This document shows, piece after piece, positions 1 through 15,314 of a stretch of 64,000 nucleotides of DNA. The notes beneath the pieces were generated by a model, which did not search any database, was not told the DNA's origin, and worked only from the letters and a program-made list of their open reading frames with translations. Made by a program: the position numbers and the translations under genes. Source of the stretch: Octopus vulgaris (taxonomy: Eukaryota); the NCBI GenBank assembly GCA_951406725.2, contig OX597829.1, positions 15,872,001 to 15,936,000 on the forward strand, in the 5' to 3' direction. Each line of letters opens with the position of its first letter. Within the stretch, counting starts at the first letter, position 1.

Positions 1-160
1 TGTGGGTAATAAAGAAATAGAAATAGGTATTTCGCCTGTCTTTACCTTTCATTCTTTCGGGGTCGATAAATAAAGTACCATTTGCGTACTGGGGTCGATA
101 TAATCGACTGGCCCCACTCACCCAAAATTTCGGGATTTGTGCCTTGAGCAGAAAAGAATA
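1..160 (+). mobile_element. Family B SINE multimer, cut by the window edge
   Basis: Tail TGTGGGTAATAAAGAAATA followed by another Meta-domain unit. Confidence 0.75.
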
Positions 161-401
161 TACCTATAAAAGTAGTATCCCTTATGGTAGAAACGATTAA
201 CAAAGCAAATCTGTAATAAATGTGTATATAATAATTTTCTGTAATAATGTATATATATATATACACTCAGATACACACATATACATATACAAATATATAT
301 TTGCCTATGTACATATATCTAACAAACCTTTATGCATATATGAGTGTATACACGCACAAATAAGTTATATATATATACATGAATATATATATGTATGTGT
401 G

Positions 402-603
402 TTCTTTTATTCTTTTACTTGTTTCAGTTAGTTGCCTGCGGCCATGCTGAAGCACCGCCTTAAACGGTGTTTGTCCAACAAATATTCTTTATAAGCCCAG
501 TTTTATATTCCACCGGTCTCTTTTACCGAACCGTTAAGTTACGGGCACAGCATCGGTGGTCAAGTGATGGCGGGGAGACAAACACAGACACGCACACGAA
601 TAT

Positions 604-640
<37 letters not shown>

Positions 641-1129
641 ACCATCCCCAAATACAAGAATATATGTGTGTGTGTGTGTATGTGTGTGTGTATGTGTGTG
701 TATGTGTATTGTTATATTTGGGGATGGTCACATTGTCAGTTTAGCCAATGAAAACACACGCACTATATATTTGGTGTTCACTTGCTTCAGCTTTATTTTA
801 TAGTAATTGTATTTCGGCCATATTTCTTTCCTCACAATTCTATGACCCCATCAGTAGTGCTTTGCTTTCTTCTTTTTTTTTTTTTTTGTCTGTCTCTCCT
901 TACTAATGATCTGCCATTTTGAAGAAAGCAAAGGACCACTGATGAGGTCACACAAGTGTAACGGAAGAACTCTGGCCGAAATACAATTAATATAAAATAA
1001 AGCTGAAACAAGTGAACACCAAATATATAGAGCGTGTGTTTCCATTGGCTAAACTGACAACATCAACATCCCCAAATACAACAAAATCTGTTTCAACACA
1101 CAAGAATCTTGCAAAATGAATATATAAAC

Positions 1130-1212
<83 letters not shown>

Positions 1213-1393
1213 TATACATATATATATACGACCGACTTCTTTCAGTTTCCGTCTACCAAATCCACTCACAAGGCTTTGGCTGGCCCGAGGCTATAGTAGA
1301 AGACACTTGCCCAAGGTGTCACGCAGTGGGACTGAATCCGGAATCATGTGGTTGGTAAGCAACCTACTTACCACACAGCCACTTCTACACCTA
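402..1393 (-). mobile_element. Family A SINE split by the 708-1083 palindrome
   Basis: 3' half at 402-595 and 5' half at 1228-1393. Confidence 0.85.
708..1083. repeat. About 375-bp inverted repeat inside the microsatellite of a SINE
   Basis: Arms about 708-870 and 923-1083 (TTGTCAGTTTAGCCAATG / CATTGGCTAAACTGACAA and onward); partial hammerhead core in each arm. Confidence 0.88.
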
Positions 1394-1428
1394 CATGCAT
1401 ATATGTTTATATATATATTATTTATATA

Positions 1429-1510
<82 letters not shown>

Positions 1511-2529
1511 GACAGACAGACAGACAAACAGACAGATTGAAAAAGAGAGCGAGGGAGATAGACAGATAGACTTTATATATGTATATATATCATATATGTA
1601 TGTAAGTAGGTAGGTAGGTAGGTAGGTAGGTAGGTAGGTAGGTAGGTCTGTTGGTTGGTAGGTAGTCACACTTGTTGATCTATTAATGAATACAGACTAT
1701 TGTCATTTTCAGTTACAGCCAGATAAGATTTCGGAGTGCGTGTGTGTGTGTATGTGTGTATATGTGTGTGTGTCTGTGTCTGTGTGTGTGTTCGTAATCG
1801 ACAGAAGAAGGACAACTGTTGTTGTAAAGTTACCAGCACTTTAAATCTTCCTGTTTATTTCCTGTTAGCTCATGTTAGCTCATATACACCTCACACCAAT
1901 CCTTCGCCTCCTTCCTATATATTCTAACACAAATGTATATTCATATAACCATATGTATATACCTACCTACCTACCTACATACATACATACATACATACAT
2001 ACATACATACATACATACATACATACATACTTACATACATATATGATATATATACATATATAAACATATGTGTATATATAGACATATGCAGACATACATA
2101 TAGTCGTATGTGTATGCGTCTGTATGTGAGCGTGTGTACTACGCACTTTACCAGCATAGAGTCATATGCATTTATATATATACATATGGCAATTATATAT
2201 ACAAAAAGTACATACATATGCAAAACCATCCAAATGATCAATGCATCTCACAATTTTGTACTTAAATAGATTTCCAAACCGTTGCTAGGAGCAAACAACT
2301 AAGGTGAGTACAGAAAATATATATCTGCTAATGTGAGTCAGTAAATGATAATAATAAAAGACAGGACAAATACAGAATGTAGCATATATTTATATATCGA
2401 GCTTCAGAACAGTTCCCGCCTGCTAAATTCATCTACAAGGCATTTTGTTGCTTCGAGGTTATAAATGAAATCACTTGCCCAAGGTGACGAGCTTCAACAC
2501 TGAACGCGAAACTACATAGTTGCGAGGCC

Positions 2530-2915
2530 TGCCGGGCGAAATGCTTAGCCGTATTTCGTCGGCCGTTACGTTCTGAGTTCAAATTCCGCCGAGGTCGACT
2601 TCGCTTTCATCCTTTCGGGGTCGATAAATTAAGTGGCAGTTACGCACTGGGATCGATATAATCTACTTAATCCGTCTGTCTGTCCTTGTTTGTCCTCTCT
2701 GTGTTTAGCACATTGTGGGTAGTAAAGAAATAGGCTTTCTGTCTGCCGTTACGTTCTGAGTTCAAATTCCGCCGAGGTCGATTTTGCCTTTCATCCTTTT
2801 GGGGTCGATTAAATAAGTAGCAGTTACGCACTGGGGTCGATATAATCGATTTAATCCTTTTGTCTGTCCTTGTCTGTCCCCTCTATGTTTAGCCCCTTGT
2901 GGGTAGTAAAGAAAT
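2530..2915 (+). mobile_element. Family B SINE, dimeric
   Basis: Two tandem Meta-domain bodies; the second lacks the 5' half of the head. Confidence 0.88.
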
Positions 2916-3459
2916 ATATATATGTGTGCGTGCGTGTGCGAGCATGTGTGTGTGTATTTGGGCGCGCGCGTGTCCGTGTGCGTGTTATGCGTATATGTGT
3001 GTGTGCACGTATGTGCGTGTGCATATGTGTGCGTATGTATATGTGTGCCTGTGTGTGTGCGCGTGTGTAGTGTGTGTGTGCGTATGTATAGTGTGTGTGT
3101 GTCTGTGGTATGTGTGTTTGTGTATGCATATGCGTAGTGTGTCTGTATGTGTAGTGTGTGTGCATGCGTGTGTGCATGCGTGTGTGTGTATGCATGCATG
3201 CGTGTGTGTATGTGCATGCATGTGTGTGTGTGTGGGGGGCTGTGTGTGTAAGCGTGTTTGCAAGGGTGCTGTATATATGTGCTGAATGTTATGTATTTGT
3301 TCGGAGCTGATGATTCATTCATCGCATCTTCTAGGTTCTTGTAATGTTTGAACCTACAGACAACAAGATCACTTATTTTTTTTTGTCTTACATAAAAAGA
3401 TAATAGGCAGTGCGTTGACTTTTGAACTAGACAGATAGTATTTGTAATTGTACTTGTGG

Positions 3460-4200
3460 CGACATTCACCCTGACCGGGTTGAGTCGGCTTCTTCCACCA
3501 CCCTCGAGGCATCTCGAACCATGGCATTAGAAGAAGTTTCGAGGGAATATGAATTTCACAAGCGGTCCCCAACAATCCCGCATGTAGAGACATCCTGTTT
3601 GCCGCAGATTGTCCGCAGACGCAGGGACAGAACGACCGGGGAGCCGCCGGTTGCCGAAACAGACACTCCGAGGATTTTCACCCTAATACCACTAGGTGTC
3701 AGACCAATCCGCCTTGGGTGGCCCTACCAGGAACCGAAGTTCCCGACGGCATAGCTCTGACACTACTCGTTGCCAGCGTCCCCACCACGGTGAGGAGGGG
3801 ATGGATTTTGGGGACGCTATGGTAACAGTTGTTTGAACTCTCAGTTTACGAGTCGCTCCTAACGATTTCATCAATCTTTCTAAATAGTCCACTTGAAGTC
3901 AGATGACGACGTACACTTATCTATAAGGAACCTTCTCGAGATCTTTTTTTCGCGAAGCTGAGCGCTTGATACGTCTTGCAGTGGGTCACCCACAGGAGAA
4001 CACCTTACTCTGTAGCTTCTAACAAACAGAGAGAGAAGATATAGTAAGAAACAGCTCCTCAAAATATTAGGTTGTCTTCAAACTGAAGACTCTGTATGCT
4101 TTTGACGGACTGAACTCCCACAAAAAGCACCAAAGAATAAGTTAGTGGTACTAAAGCGAGCGACGAGTAGGGCCACAAATATCTTACAGAAGCTGTATAT
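3460..4200 (-). mobile_element. Probable decayed LINE 5' or ORF1 remnant
   Basis: CpG-rich, non-microsatellite island in an AT-rich background; only weak ORF1-like patches (RVKILGV). Family not established. Confidence 0.3.
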
Positions 4201-4247
4201 TCGATTTAATTTATCTCATTATATCACTAGTGCTGATTGTCTCTACC

Positions 4248-4478
4248 TATTTCTTTACTACCCACAAGGGGCTAAACACAGAGGGGACAAACAAGGACAG
4301 ACAAACAGATTAAGTCGATTATATCGACCCCAGTGCGTAACTGGTACTTATTTAATCGACCCCGAAAGGATGAAAGGCCAAGTCGACCTCGGCAGAATTT
4401 GAACTCAGAACGTAACGGCAGGCGAAATACGGCTACGCATTTCGCCCGGTGTGCTAACGTTTCTGCCAGCTCGCCACC
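4248..4478 (-). mobile_element. Family B SINE, full length
   Basis: Same consensus; TSD ATTGTCTCTACC on both sides. Confidence 0.9.
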
Positions 4479-5126
4479 TTATTGTCTCTACCGCTGTCTC
4501 CTCACGCACCATACTTCTCACACCTTGATATTTGAACGCAGGACGCTGAGGTACGTCAATTAATTGCTGTTGATGTGGTTACTACTGCTGCTGTTGTTGT
4601 TGCAGCTATAACTTAGTTCGAGGTCTTCTTGAATCGAGAGTACCTATAACCAATGATGTTACATCCATAACCAACAAAAAATTTTTTCCAGCATTTTACA
4701 GAAGAGTTGATTTTAATGGTGAATTGATTGCTATTTCTACCATTTCAAATGTCCTCATAGGAGTTTGTTTATTGACTTCGGTGGTTTAATTGATAAAGAT
4801 TCAGATGCACTGATACACTATACCACCTAATTAGCTAATTAGCTCCAAATGTTGTTCTAATTTAGGATTGCCGTACGTCTGTATTTCCAAGGGACATATG
4901 GATTCTCAAGTCAAATTTTACGTCCGGGAAGAATTTTTTTAAAATTACCTCAGAAGTTCCAAATTTCTGCTTCCATCACTTAAAAACTTATAAATATACG
5001 TCCCATGTGGCAGATATCTTTCTCAACATCAATCCAATTGTCGTTTGGTTGCCCCACAAATAAAGAATAATTTATCCACTCATTGTCATAGTTCGATATT
5101 AACGTATCTTTAATATTTAATTTGCT

Positions 5127-5232
5127 ACTTGTTTCAGTCATTAGACTGCGGCCATTTTTAGTTGAATGAATCGACCCCAGGAATTATTTTATCGATCTCA
5201 ATTGCCGAACCGCTATGTCGTCAAGTGGGGGA

Positions 5233-5294
<62 letters not shown>

Positions 5295-5437
5295 TACCTT
5301 TATACATACATACTCAACGGGCTTCTTTCAGTTTCCATCTACTAAATCCACTCACAAGGCATTGGTCGGCCCGAAGCTATATGTGACTGAACCCGGAACT
5401 ATGTGGTTGGGAGGCAAGTTTCTAAGCACACAGCCAC
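5127..5437 (-). mobile_element. Family A SINE, internally deleted
   Basis: Same consensus. Confidence 0.8.
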
Positions 5438-6348
5438 CCGAGTGGGTAGACTGACAGATAGATAGATAGATAGTTTAATATATATATATATATACATATG
5501 TATATATGTATACATATATGAATACACATATAATCATATAGGCATATGTGTTTGAGTACGTGTATATATACGTATGTGTGTGTAACAGAAAGAAAAAAGT
5601 GAAGAAAACGAACAAGCAAAGCAAGTGGTATCACTTTAGAGTATGTATTTATAATTCAAACATAACTGCAGAGCTGTTAGAGAAAATAGGGAATTAAGAA
5701 TCTATGCATAAAGTCTGTTTCAGCTAAGTTTAGAATAGCTGTGCATTTGGTGCATTTGGTGCATATTTCATTGATTTCCCTACAAAGACCAGCTTTACCG
5801 TCTTCAGAGAGCAAATATTAAAGAATATCTTTGATAAGGGATATTAGTAGTTACTACTTTCATCGTTGAAGAGCGAACGCTTATTAAACATACCTAATAT
5901 GTTAAATCATTTATATATAACGCCAAAGGCTCAAAGTGTGTGGGCACGGAAGATCGTGATGACTGTCAATGGAGGTGTCCTAGAGTATGACGGTTCAAAT
6001 GTGACAACCCTATTCTAATTATTTTAGATTTCTACATGAATGGCAAGTGATTCACTGTGAGAGCGGGTGTTAAAAACTGAAGCAATCAGGGAAGATCCAT
6101 AATACACCAGACTTAATCCCGTCGCTCGGTTTCACGCTACGACCTGAGATTTTGGTATGTCTTTAGCAGATATCACTCAGTTGCAAGCATTCAGGCTAGA
6201 CTTCTTTCTACTCCCTGTCCTTCCGTCTGGAATTCTTTGTAATTGTTTTTCACAAGTACTCCAATTAAAATTTCATTTGGTAATACTTGAAATAAATCGT
6301 GTTTCGAAAATAAAATTTAAAAAATTTTTCATAATACAAGTCAAATTT

Positions 6349-6419
<71 letters not shown>

Positions 6420-6822
6420 TTGTCTGACCTTAACCAGTTGAGCATGTCCCTTAGTGGCTGACGATATGTGCATCTCTTATCACGAGCAGAAGTAGTGGGG
6501 CAGCATCATAACCATGTGCTGAGAGGGATTCTTTGGGCTTTGAATAATTCACCTTTGGAAACATAGGTGGTTCGTTCAACATCCTTAAACAACCCTTATT
6601 CAGGGACCTTTTGAGCGGGATGAGAAGAAAATTCTAACTGGGCCCCACCTGCAAGGTAATGTGCTGTTTATCTTGATATGAGATTACCATGTCGCTCACA
6701 TATGGTTGTGATGCATGTTCCTAGTGTACCCTTATCAGATGGGCAGTCATGATGGGTATACTGGGCTTCGTATATTTTACCCCAGTGTCACTTTGATGGC
6801 TTGCACTGCTATCTCACTCAAT
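6420..6822. repeat. Unclassified 400-bp module between two (TAA)n arrays, next to the R4/Dong-like fragment
   Basis: Complex sequence with sharp borders against (TAA)n at 6351-6419 and 6834-6931. Confidence 0.4.
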
Positions 6823-6832
6823 AATGATGATG

Positions 6833-6931
<99 letters not shown>

Positions 6932-6942
6932 TTGATAATAAA

Positions 6943-7345
6943 TAAGCCGGACATGGTCTTAATTGAGAAAGAAAGCAAACTATGTTGGATCATAGATATA
7001 GCAAGCCCAGCTGACAACAAGGTATGCGATAAGGAAGAAAGAAAAGTCGAGAGCTATGATAGGTTAGCTTGGGAAGTTAAGCAGTTGTGGTCGATGTAAA
7101 AGGTGGTAGTAGTACCAATAATTGTCGGAGCCTTGGGAACAGTGAGTAAAAATCTTGAGAAGTACGTAGAACAAATAGGGGCTGCAATAAGGGTGGAGCA
7201 CTTTCAGAAAACAGCACTGCTTGGAACTGCTCGAATACTCCGGAAGGTGCTCGAAAAATAAGAGGTGTTACCTTAGTTCAATGGTAGTGAACAACTGACA
7301 TCGTAGTATATTTCCAGCGTTAGAAGCTGTGCAAAAGCAACAATA
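6943..7345 (+). mobile_element. R4/Dong-like non-LTR retrotransposon 3' fragment (restriction-like endonuclease) in a (TAA)n array
   Basis: KPDMVLIEK...WIIDIASPADNKVCDKEERKVESY...VVVVPIIVGALGTV...QKTALLGTARILRKVL; the 5' junction directly follows (TAA)n at 6834-6931, as expected for Dong-type TAA targeting. Confidence 0.85.
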
Positions 7346-7374
7346 ACAACAGCAACAATAATGATAATAATAAT

Positions 7375-7577
7375 TCTTTTATTCTTTTACTTGTTTCAGT
7401 CATTTAACTGCAGCCATGTTGGAACACCACCATTTTAATCGAGCAAATCGACCCCAGGACTTATTCTTTGTAAGCCTACTACTTATTCTATCGGTCTTTG
7501 TTTGCCGAACCGCTAGGTTACGGGGATGTAAACACAACAACATCGCATGTCAAGCGATGTTGGGAGGACAAACACAC

Positions 7578-7657
<80 letters not shown>

Positions 7658-7720
7658 CATATATACATATACATATATATATACATATATACGACGGTCT
7701 TCTTTCAGTTTCCGTCTACA
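7375..7720 (-). mobile_element. Family A SINE, 5'-truncated
   Basis: Same consensus. Confidence 0.8.
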
Positions 7721-7741
7721 ATAACAATAACAATAATAATA

Positions 7742-7811
<70 letters not shown>

Positions 7812-8724
7812 GTAATTGTTTCACTTTTAACACCATGCCAGCAATTTTAGGGGAAGGGTGAGTCAATGACATGGACGCCTGCTCTTGACTAGAACTATAT
7901 TTTATCGACCCTGAACGGATGAAAGTTATACTTGACTTTAGCTCGATTTGAACACAGAATGTAAAGAGTACATTCCAGCTCATTATGTTCTAAGTTCAAA
8001 TCCTGCCGAAGCCAAAGTTAGCTTTTTCCACCCTTGAGGCATCTATAAAATAAGTTACTGTTGTCAGTCGTACCATTCAAATCCTCGCCTCAAAGCTGTT
8101 GGCCTTGCGCTTTCACCATCCTCCACCATATTAACTCCGTATCATCGCTTTCATCAACGTAGTCGTTCTCGTCTAGCCCTCCCCTAACACTCACCCCCAC
8201 TAAAAAAAAAAGGAAACAAAATCATTAAATAATAAATAAAATCTAGAAGACTCGTGTGGTTCAGCATCACACCATAAACGGTAACATTTAATGTTTGGTA
8301 GCATCATATGACCAGTCTGTAGGAGATAGCAAAATAGAATATCTTCACACAAGAATCTGACATTCCTTCTCTTTCAAACTCAAATATATTTTTCTTTAAT
8401 TTGCAATATAAAAAAAAAATAAACTGTTCCAATCTTTTTTCGTTCTTCTTTTTTTCTTCCATTTTTTCTTTTTTTTTTTCTTTTTTGTCTTCAGACTATT
8501 CTGTTTCTTCCAAACCAATTTCTAACTTCAACAATTTTACTTTGTCATTTTATTATTTATTTGAGCTGTCATTGTTATTGCTGTTATTATTACTGTTTTT
8601 CTTTTATTTTATTTTTCATATATCTATTCTATTTTATTTTATTTTATTTTATTTATTTTCCAGCATTAGAGAGGGGTACTTTTAATCACTATCCGAGTAT
8701 TCCCGCCTCTCAGGCGCACGCAGT

Positions 8725-9763
<1,039 letters not shown>

Positions 9764-10044
9764 CGTTTACCATCCCTTGACTCAACTTTTAATCTTTCGA
9801 CATTAATTTACTCCTGCCAAACTATTTCACATTCATTTATTGATTACAATTTAAGTAAAATTTGTCTGTAAATACATCAAAGACACATCGACGGATCCAA
9901 TCAGTTTATTTTACTTGCAAATCATAATGTATTACGGGTGGCTAGTTAAAAAAAAATAAATAAATATAAAATAAAACAAAATAAATGAATAAAAGATGGA
10001 GTCGATTGTGCTGTATATCGCAATGTGGGATGGTAGAGGCGGCG

Positions 10045-10800
<756 letters not shown>

Positions 10801-11234
10801 TGGTGGTTGATGATGCTGGGGAAATAGTTTTTGCCGAGGTGGGTTGGTTAGTTGAACGTGTGGTTGGCCTCTAGTGTTAAGGTGTAGTTGATGCTAGTGG
10901 TGATAAATGATATTTAGTGGGAAAGATGGTGGGTGAGGGTTTGTAACGGGTGTCTGTGAGTGATGTTTAATGATAGGCGGTGTTTTTGGTTGTTTTTTGT
11001 TTTTCGTTTTTTTTTTACTGTCTCTTGTTTTGTTTTTATTTGAGAGGTATAAATGGTTTTATTGGAGGGGAGCAAATCAATGGATGGTACTCCTAGTGGT
11101 CAGTAGTAGATGGTTGTCTTTTATTTATGCTTCGTGTATCAAGGACTACACTGTGTAATATGTCCTTTCTTGTTTAAGACAACGTGGTGTGAGATTTGGC
11201 TATTGCTTCTGGCACGTACACTTAAACGTTACTT

Positions 11235-11472
11235 TTTGCCTTGTTTCAGTCATTTGACTGCGGCCATGCTAGAGCACCACCTTTAGTCGAATAAATTGAC
11301 CCCAAAATTATTCTTTGTAAGCCTAGTTTTTATTATATTGTTCGCTTTTTGCCGAACCGGTAAGTGACGGGAACGTAAACATACCAGCATCGGATGTCAA
11401 GCGATGATATTGATACAAACACAGAGACAAACAACAAACATACAAACACAGAGACAAACAACAAACATATAT

Positions 11473-11508
<36 letters not shown>

Positions 11509-11660
11509 CGGGCTTCTTTTAGTTTCCGCCTACCAAACCCACTCACAAGGCTTTGGTCGGCCCGAAGTTATAGTAGAATAGACTTGCCCAAGGTGCCACA
11601 CAGTGGGACTGAACCCGGAAGCATGTGGTTGGGAAGCAAGCTTCTTACCACACAGCCACT
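11235..11660 (-). mobile_element. Family A SINE
   Basis: Same consensus; internal 27-bp tandem duplication at about 11413-11470. Confidence 0.88.
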
Positions 11661-11840
11661 GTTGCTACTGTTTCTAGCAGAGTGATTGACCACGTATATC
11701 TGAACGTTGTTCAAGATATTTCCGATGATATTTAAGATAATGTTTTAACCCCAGGCTAGGTTTAATCGACCAAGCCAACGATCAAAGTCATTCCATTGTT
11801 GTCTATCCTGCCTTGTATTTGTTTTTCGCTTTTTGCTGTT

Positions 11841-11918
<78 letters not shown>

Positions 11919-13074
11919 ATGTGTGTGTGTGTGTGTTTTGAGATATTTAGAATTATATTTTCTGATGTGCCGTCCGTTCCTTAATATTAGAAGACTATTT
12001 AGAGGCTGACTTGAAGGACAGTTGGCTGCTATTTCTAGCAGGTCCAATGATCACATCGAGGTGTCCTGGCTATTGCTTCTGCTGCTACTACTACTACTAC
12101 TGCTGTGGCCGCAGATGATGATGATGATGATGATGATATTGTTGGTTTTGCTGTTGTTTAGCCCTAAGTCAGCCCTGATGTGATCGGCACCCCACCAACC
12201 GTCGCCTATCTTTCTCTCAATTATTGTTAGCACAGGACAATATTCAAAGAGTACATTACGTCTTTTTTTTCTTTTTTTCCTTTCTTTTTAAGACAATAAG
12301 CTGTTATTTGAAGGAAATTTGTTTGCTATTTCTAGCAGTTCTGGCGACTACATAGAGGTTCTTTTGTTAGTTCCAGGTTTTGGGTTTTTTTGTTTTTTTT
12401 ATTGAAAAGAACTGACAATTTTTTGTGGTGATGATGACGATGATGATGGAGTGGGGTGATGGTGGGGTGAGGGTGATTGTGGTCGTGATGCTGCTGCTAG
12501 TGACGATAGTGGTAATGGCGACTACGACGACAATGATGACGATGATGATGATAAAAGTGATGGTGATGATGGTCTTGGTGGTGGTGGTGGTGGTGGTGGT
12601 TTTGGTTAATGGTAAGGGAAGTTCAATAATGGCTGTTGGTGGCAAATCATAAAGTGACCGAGTAACATGGAAGAGGTGTTAGTTGTCGGAATGATGGGTT
12701 GGGGGTTGGGGTTAGGTCAAAGGAAAAGGAGGAGGAGGAGGAGGAGGAAGAAGAAGAAGAAGAAGAAGAAGAAGAAGAAGAAGCTGAGGAGGAGGAGGGG
12801 GGAAAAGGAGGAAGTGGAGGATGATATCGATTTAAATAAAAGCAGAGATGTTATGATTCGGTATGCTTGTATATGTATCTGTATGTGTCTGTTTGTGCGT
12901 AATGTTTTGTTGTTGTTGCTGTTGTTGTTGTTGCTGTTGTTGTTGTTGTTGTTGTTGTTGTTGCTTTCAATTTTTATTTCGTTCGAATTTTAAAATTCGT
13001 TATTGGTGTTGATGTTGCATCTCTTGTTTTTCATTGAGTCTTTTAAAAAATTAGGCTGGTGAAATCTTTAAAAA

Positions 13075-13105
<31 letters not shown>

Positions 13106-13805
13106 GGTACATGCATATACATATATATACACACACACACATATATATAGGTGCATACATATACATATATACATACATATATACACATATACATACATAT
13201 ATTTACGTATATACATATATTTATATAGAGAGAGATTTATATATATATATATATATATATACATACATGCACATGTATGTTTAATTTATGACAACACCTT
13301 TTTTATATTTCTTGTATTTTTCGTTTGTCTTTTTTGTTTTTTGCTTTTTTTTTTGTTAATGGCTTTATCAGAATGAAGGGGCGGTGCACATGACCTTGGC
13401 AGACCCTTCCAAACCGACGAGATCGATATAGCTGTTTTTTTCTTTTGCTTATTTATTTTTTTGTTTGCTTTTTACTTTTTCTTTTATTTTTTTCTTCATT
13501 TTGAACATTTATAAGTTGACGTCTGCAGGAAAAAATACGTCGTCGGGGTGTTAAATTCTCGTAGAGTGAAAAGATTGGGAAGTTATTAAATACAAGGACC
13601 TGGAGTGGAAAGTGAATGACAGACATGTGTATCGGATGGGTTTTGATAAAAGTGGAACTCATTGCGACCAACTACATTAACCGAACAACGAAATATATAG
13701 TAGTGGCACAATAAAACATGCCTAAAGCAAGAGGTAGGATAACACATGTATCAGTGTACGGCGTACGGTCTGTTAATGAGTGAGTCTTTAAAAAATATCT
13801 GAACA

Positions 13806-14272
13806 TAGGCGCAGGAGTGGCTGTGTGGTAAGTAGCTTGCTTACCAGCCACATGGTTCCGAGTCCAGACCCACTGCGTGGCACCTTGAGCAAGTGTCTTC
13901 TACTATAACCTCGGGCCGACCAAAACCCGATTTGGTAGACGGTAACTGAAAGAAGCCCGTCGTATATATATATATTTAGATTCAGCAAAATTTAGATTCA
14001 GATGAATATGGTACTTAAGTGAAAGGCACCAGAATTTGGTATGGTATTATCCATATAAATCAAATGGGGTGATTATAATCAAAATAAGCAACAAGGATAT
14101 CCAAGGTAGTGTAGTACAATCGTTTCATGCTACTTCGTTTTATTAAACAATGTAAGTATTACATCAGTTTTAAAATGTAGAACAATCTTCAGCCACATAT
14201 AGAATTTTTTTAATTTAATGGACAATCTACATTATTATACTTATTTCATTTGCCAACATTATAAAGAGGGTA

Positions 14273-14303
<31 letters not shown>

Positions 14304-14558
14304 ATATATATATATATATATAAATACGTGTGTGTATATGTTTGTGTGTCTGTGTTTGTCCCCCCAACATCGCTTGACAACCGATGCTGGTGTGTTTACG
14401 TCCCCGTAATTTAACGATTCGGCAAAAGAGACCGATAGAATAAGTACTAGGCTTACAAAGAATAAGTCCTGGGGTCGATTTGCTCGACTAAAGGCGGTAC
14501 TCCAGCATGGCCACAGTCAAATGACTGAAACAAGTAAAAGAGTAAAAGAGTAAAGAGT
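13806..14558 (+). mobile_element. tRNA-derived SINE family A (CORE-like segment, internal TA/TG microsatellite) with a secondary insert at about 13980-14270
   Basis: Head GGCGCAGGAGTGGCTGTGTGGTAAG; GTGGCACCTTGAGCAAGTGTC; tail GCATGGCCACAGTCAAATGACTGAAACAAGTAAAAGAG. Confidence 0.88.
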
Positions 14559-14687
14559 GAGAATTTGGTCAAATGTGATTTTGAGTGGAACCGTAGCACC
14601 CACCAAGATATGAGAGTTGTACCTCTTAATGGAATTATATCTGAGGTTTACAAAAGATCAGCAATTAATTAAAGCTAGATTATCTTC

Positions 14688-14924
14688 CAAGCATAGATTG
14701 GCATATTTCGGTCATATTATGCGGAGAAAATCCCTGGAGAAGGACATCATGCTCAGAATGGTCAGTGGCAAGAGAGGAAGAGGCCGACCAAGAACCCGCT
14801 AGCTTGACACCCTCAAGAGTGATACAGGAAATGGACATAGCCAATCTGAAAGAAGCGGCCCAGGATAGAACTGATTGGAGGACACTGATCCAACGAGTAA
14901 CCGAGAGTCGACTTCGACTGAGCG

Positions 14925-14925
<1 letters not shown>
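14688..14925 (+). mobile_element. 5'-truncated RTE-clade (BovB-like) LINE 3' end with (GATA)n tail
   Basis: Translates to RLAYFGHIMRRKSLEKDIMLRMVSGKRGRGRPRTR (RTE C-terminal signature); BovB-like end GAGTCGACTTCGACTGAGCG followed by GATA repeats; TSD TAGATTATCTTC at 14676-14687 and 21598-21609. Confidence 0.85.
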
Positions 14926-15021
<96 letters not shown>

Positions 15022-15314
15022 CTTTCTTTTATTAGCCACACAGGGTTGAATACAGAGGGGACAAATACAAATGCAGAGCTTTTCTTTTCGAGGGTGGAAA
15101 AAAATAAATGTAAGATTGCGATCAAAAGGGATCGAGAGGAGGAAAAAAAATTTTTTTAAATCGTGTATCACAGAAATAATGATAAAAACATTGATAAAAC
15201 AAGATTGGGTTCATCCGTGCGAAGAAAAGCCTACAGAAAAGACCACGGGAACCTCAGTCACGGAGGAAATAACCACATGAGATCAAAATGCTCTCTTTCT
15301 TTGTTTTTTACGAT

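Noticed and set aside
5788-5815. CTGAAGA on the minus strand
   Set aside because: No stem II-GAAA arrangement follows; chance heptamer.
8255-8318. Imperfect hairpin in unique sequence, possible pre-miRNA
   Set aside because: Pairing is interrupted and I recognise no known miRNA seed; needs small-RNA data.
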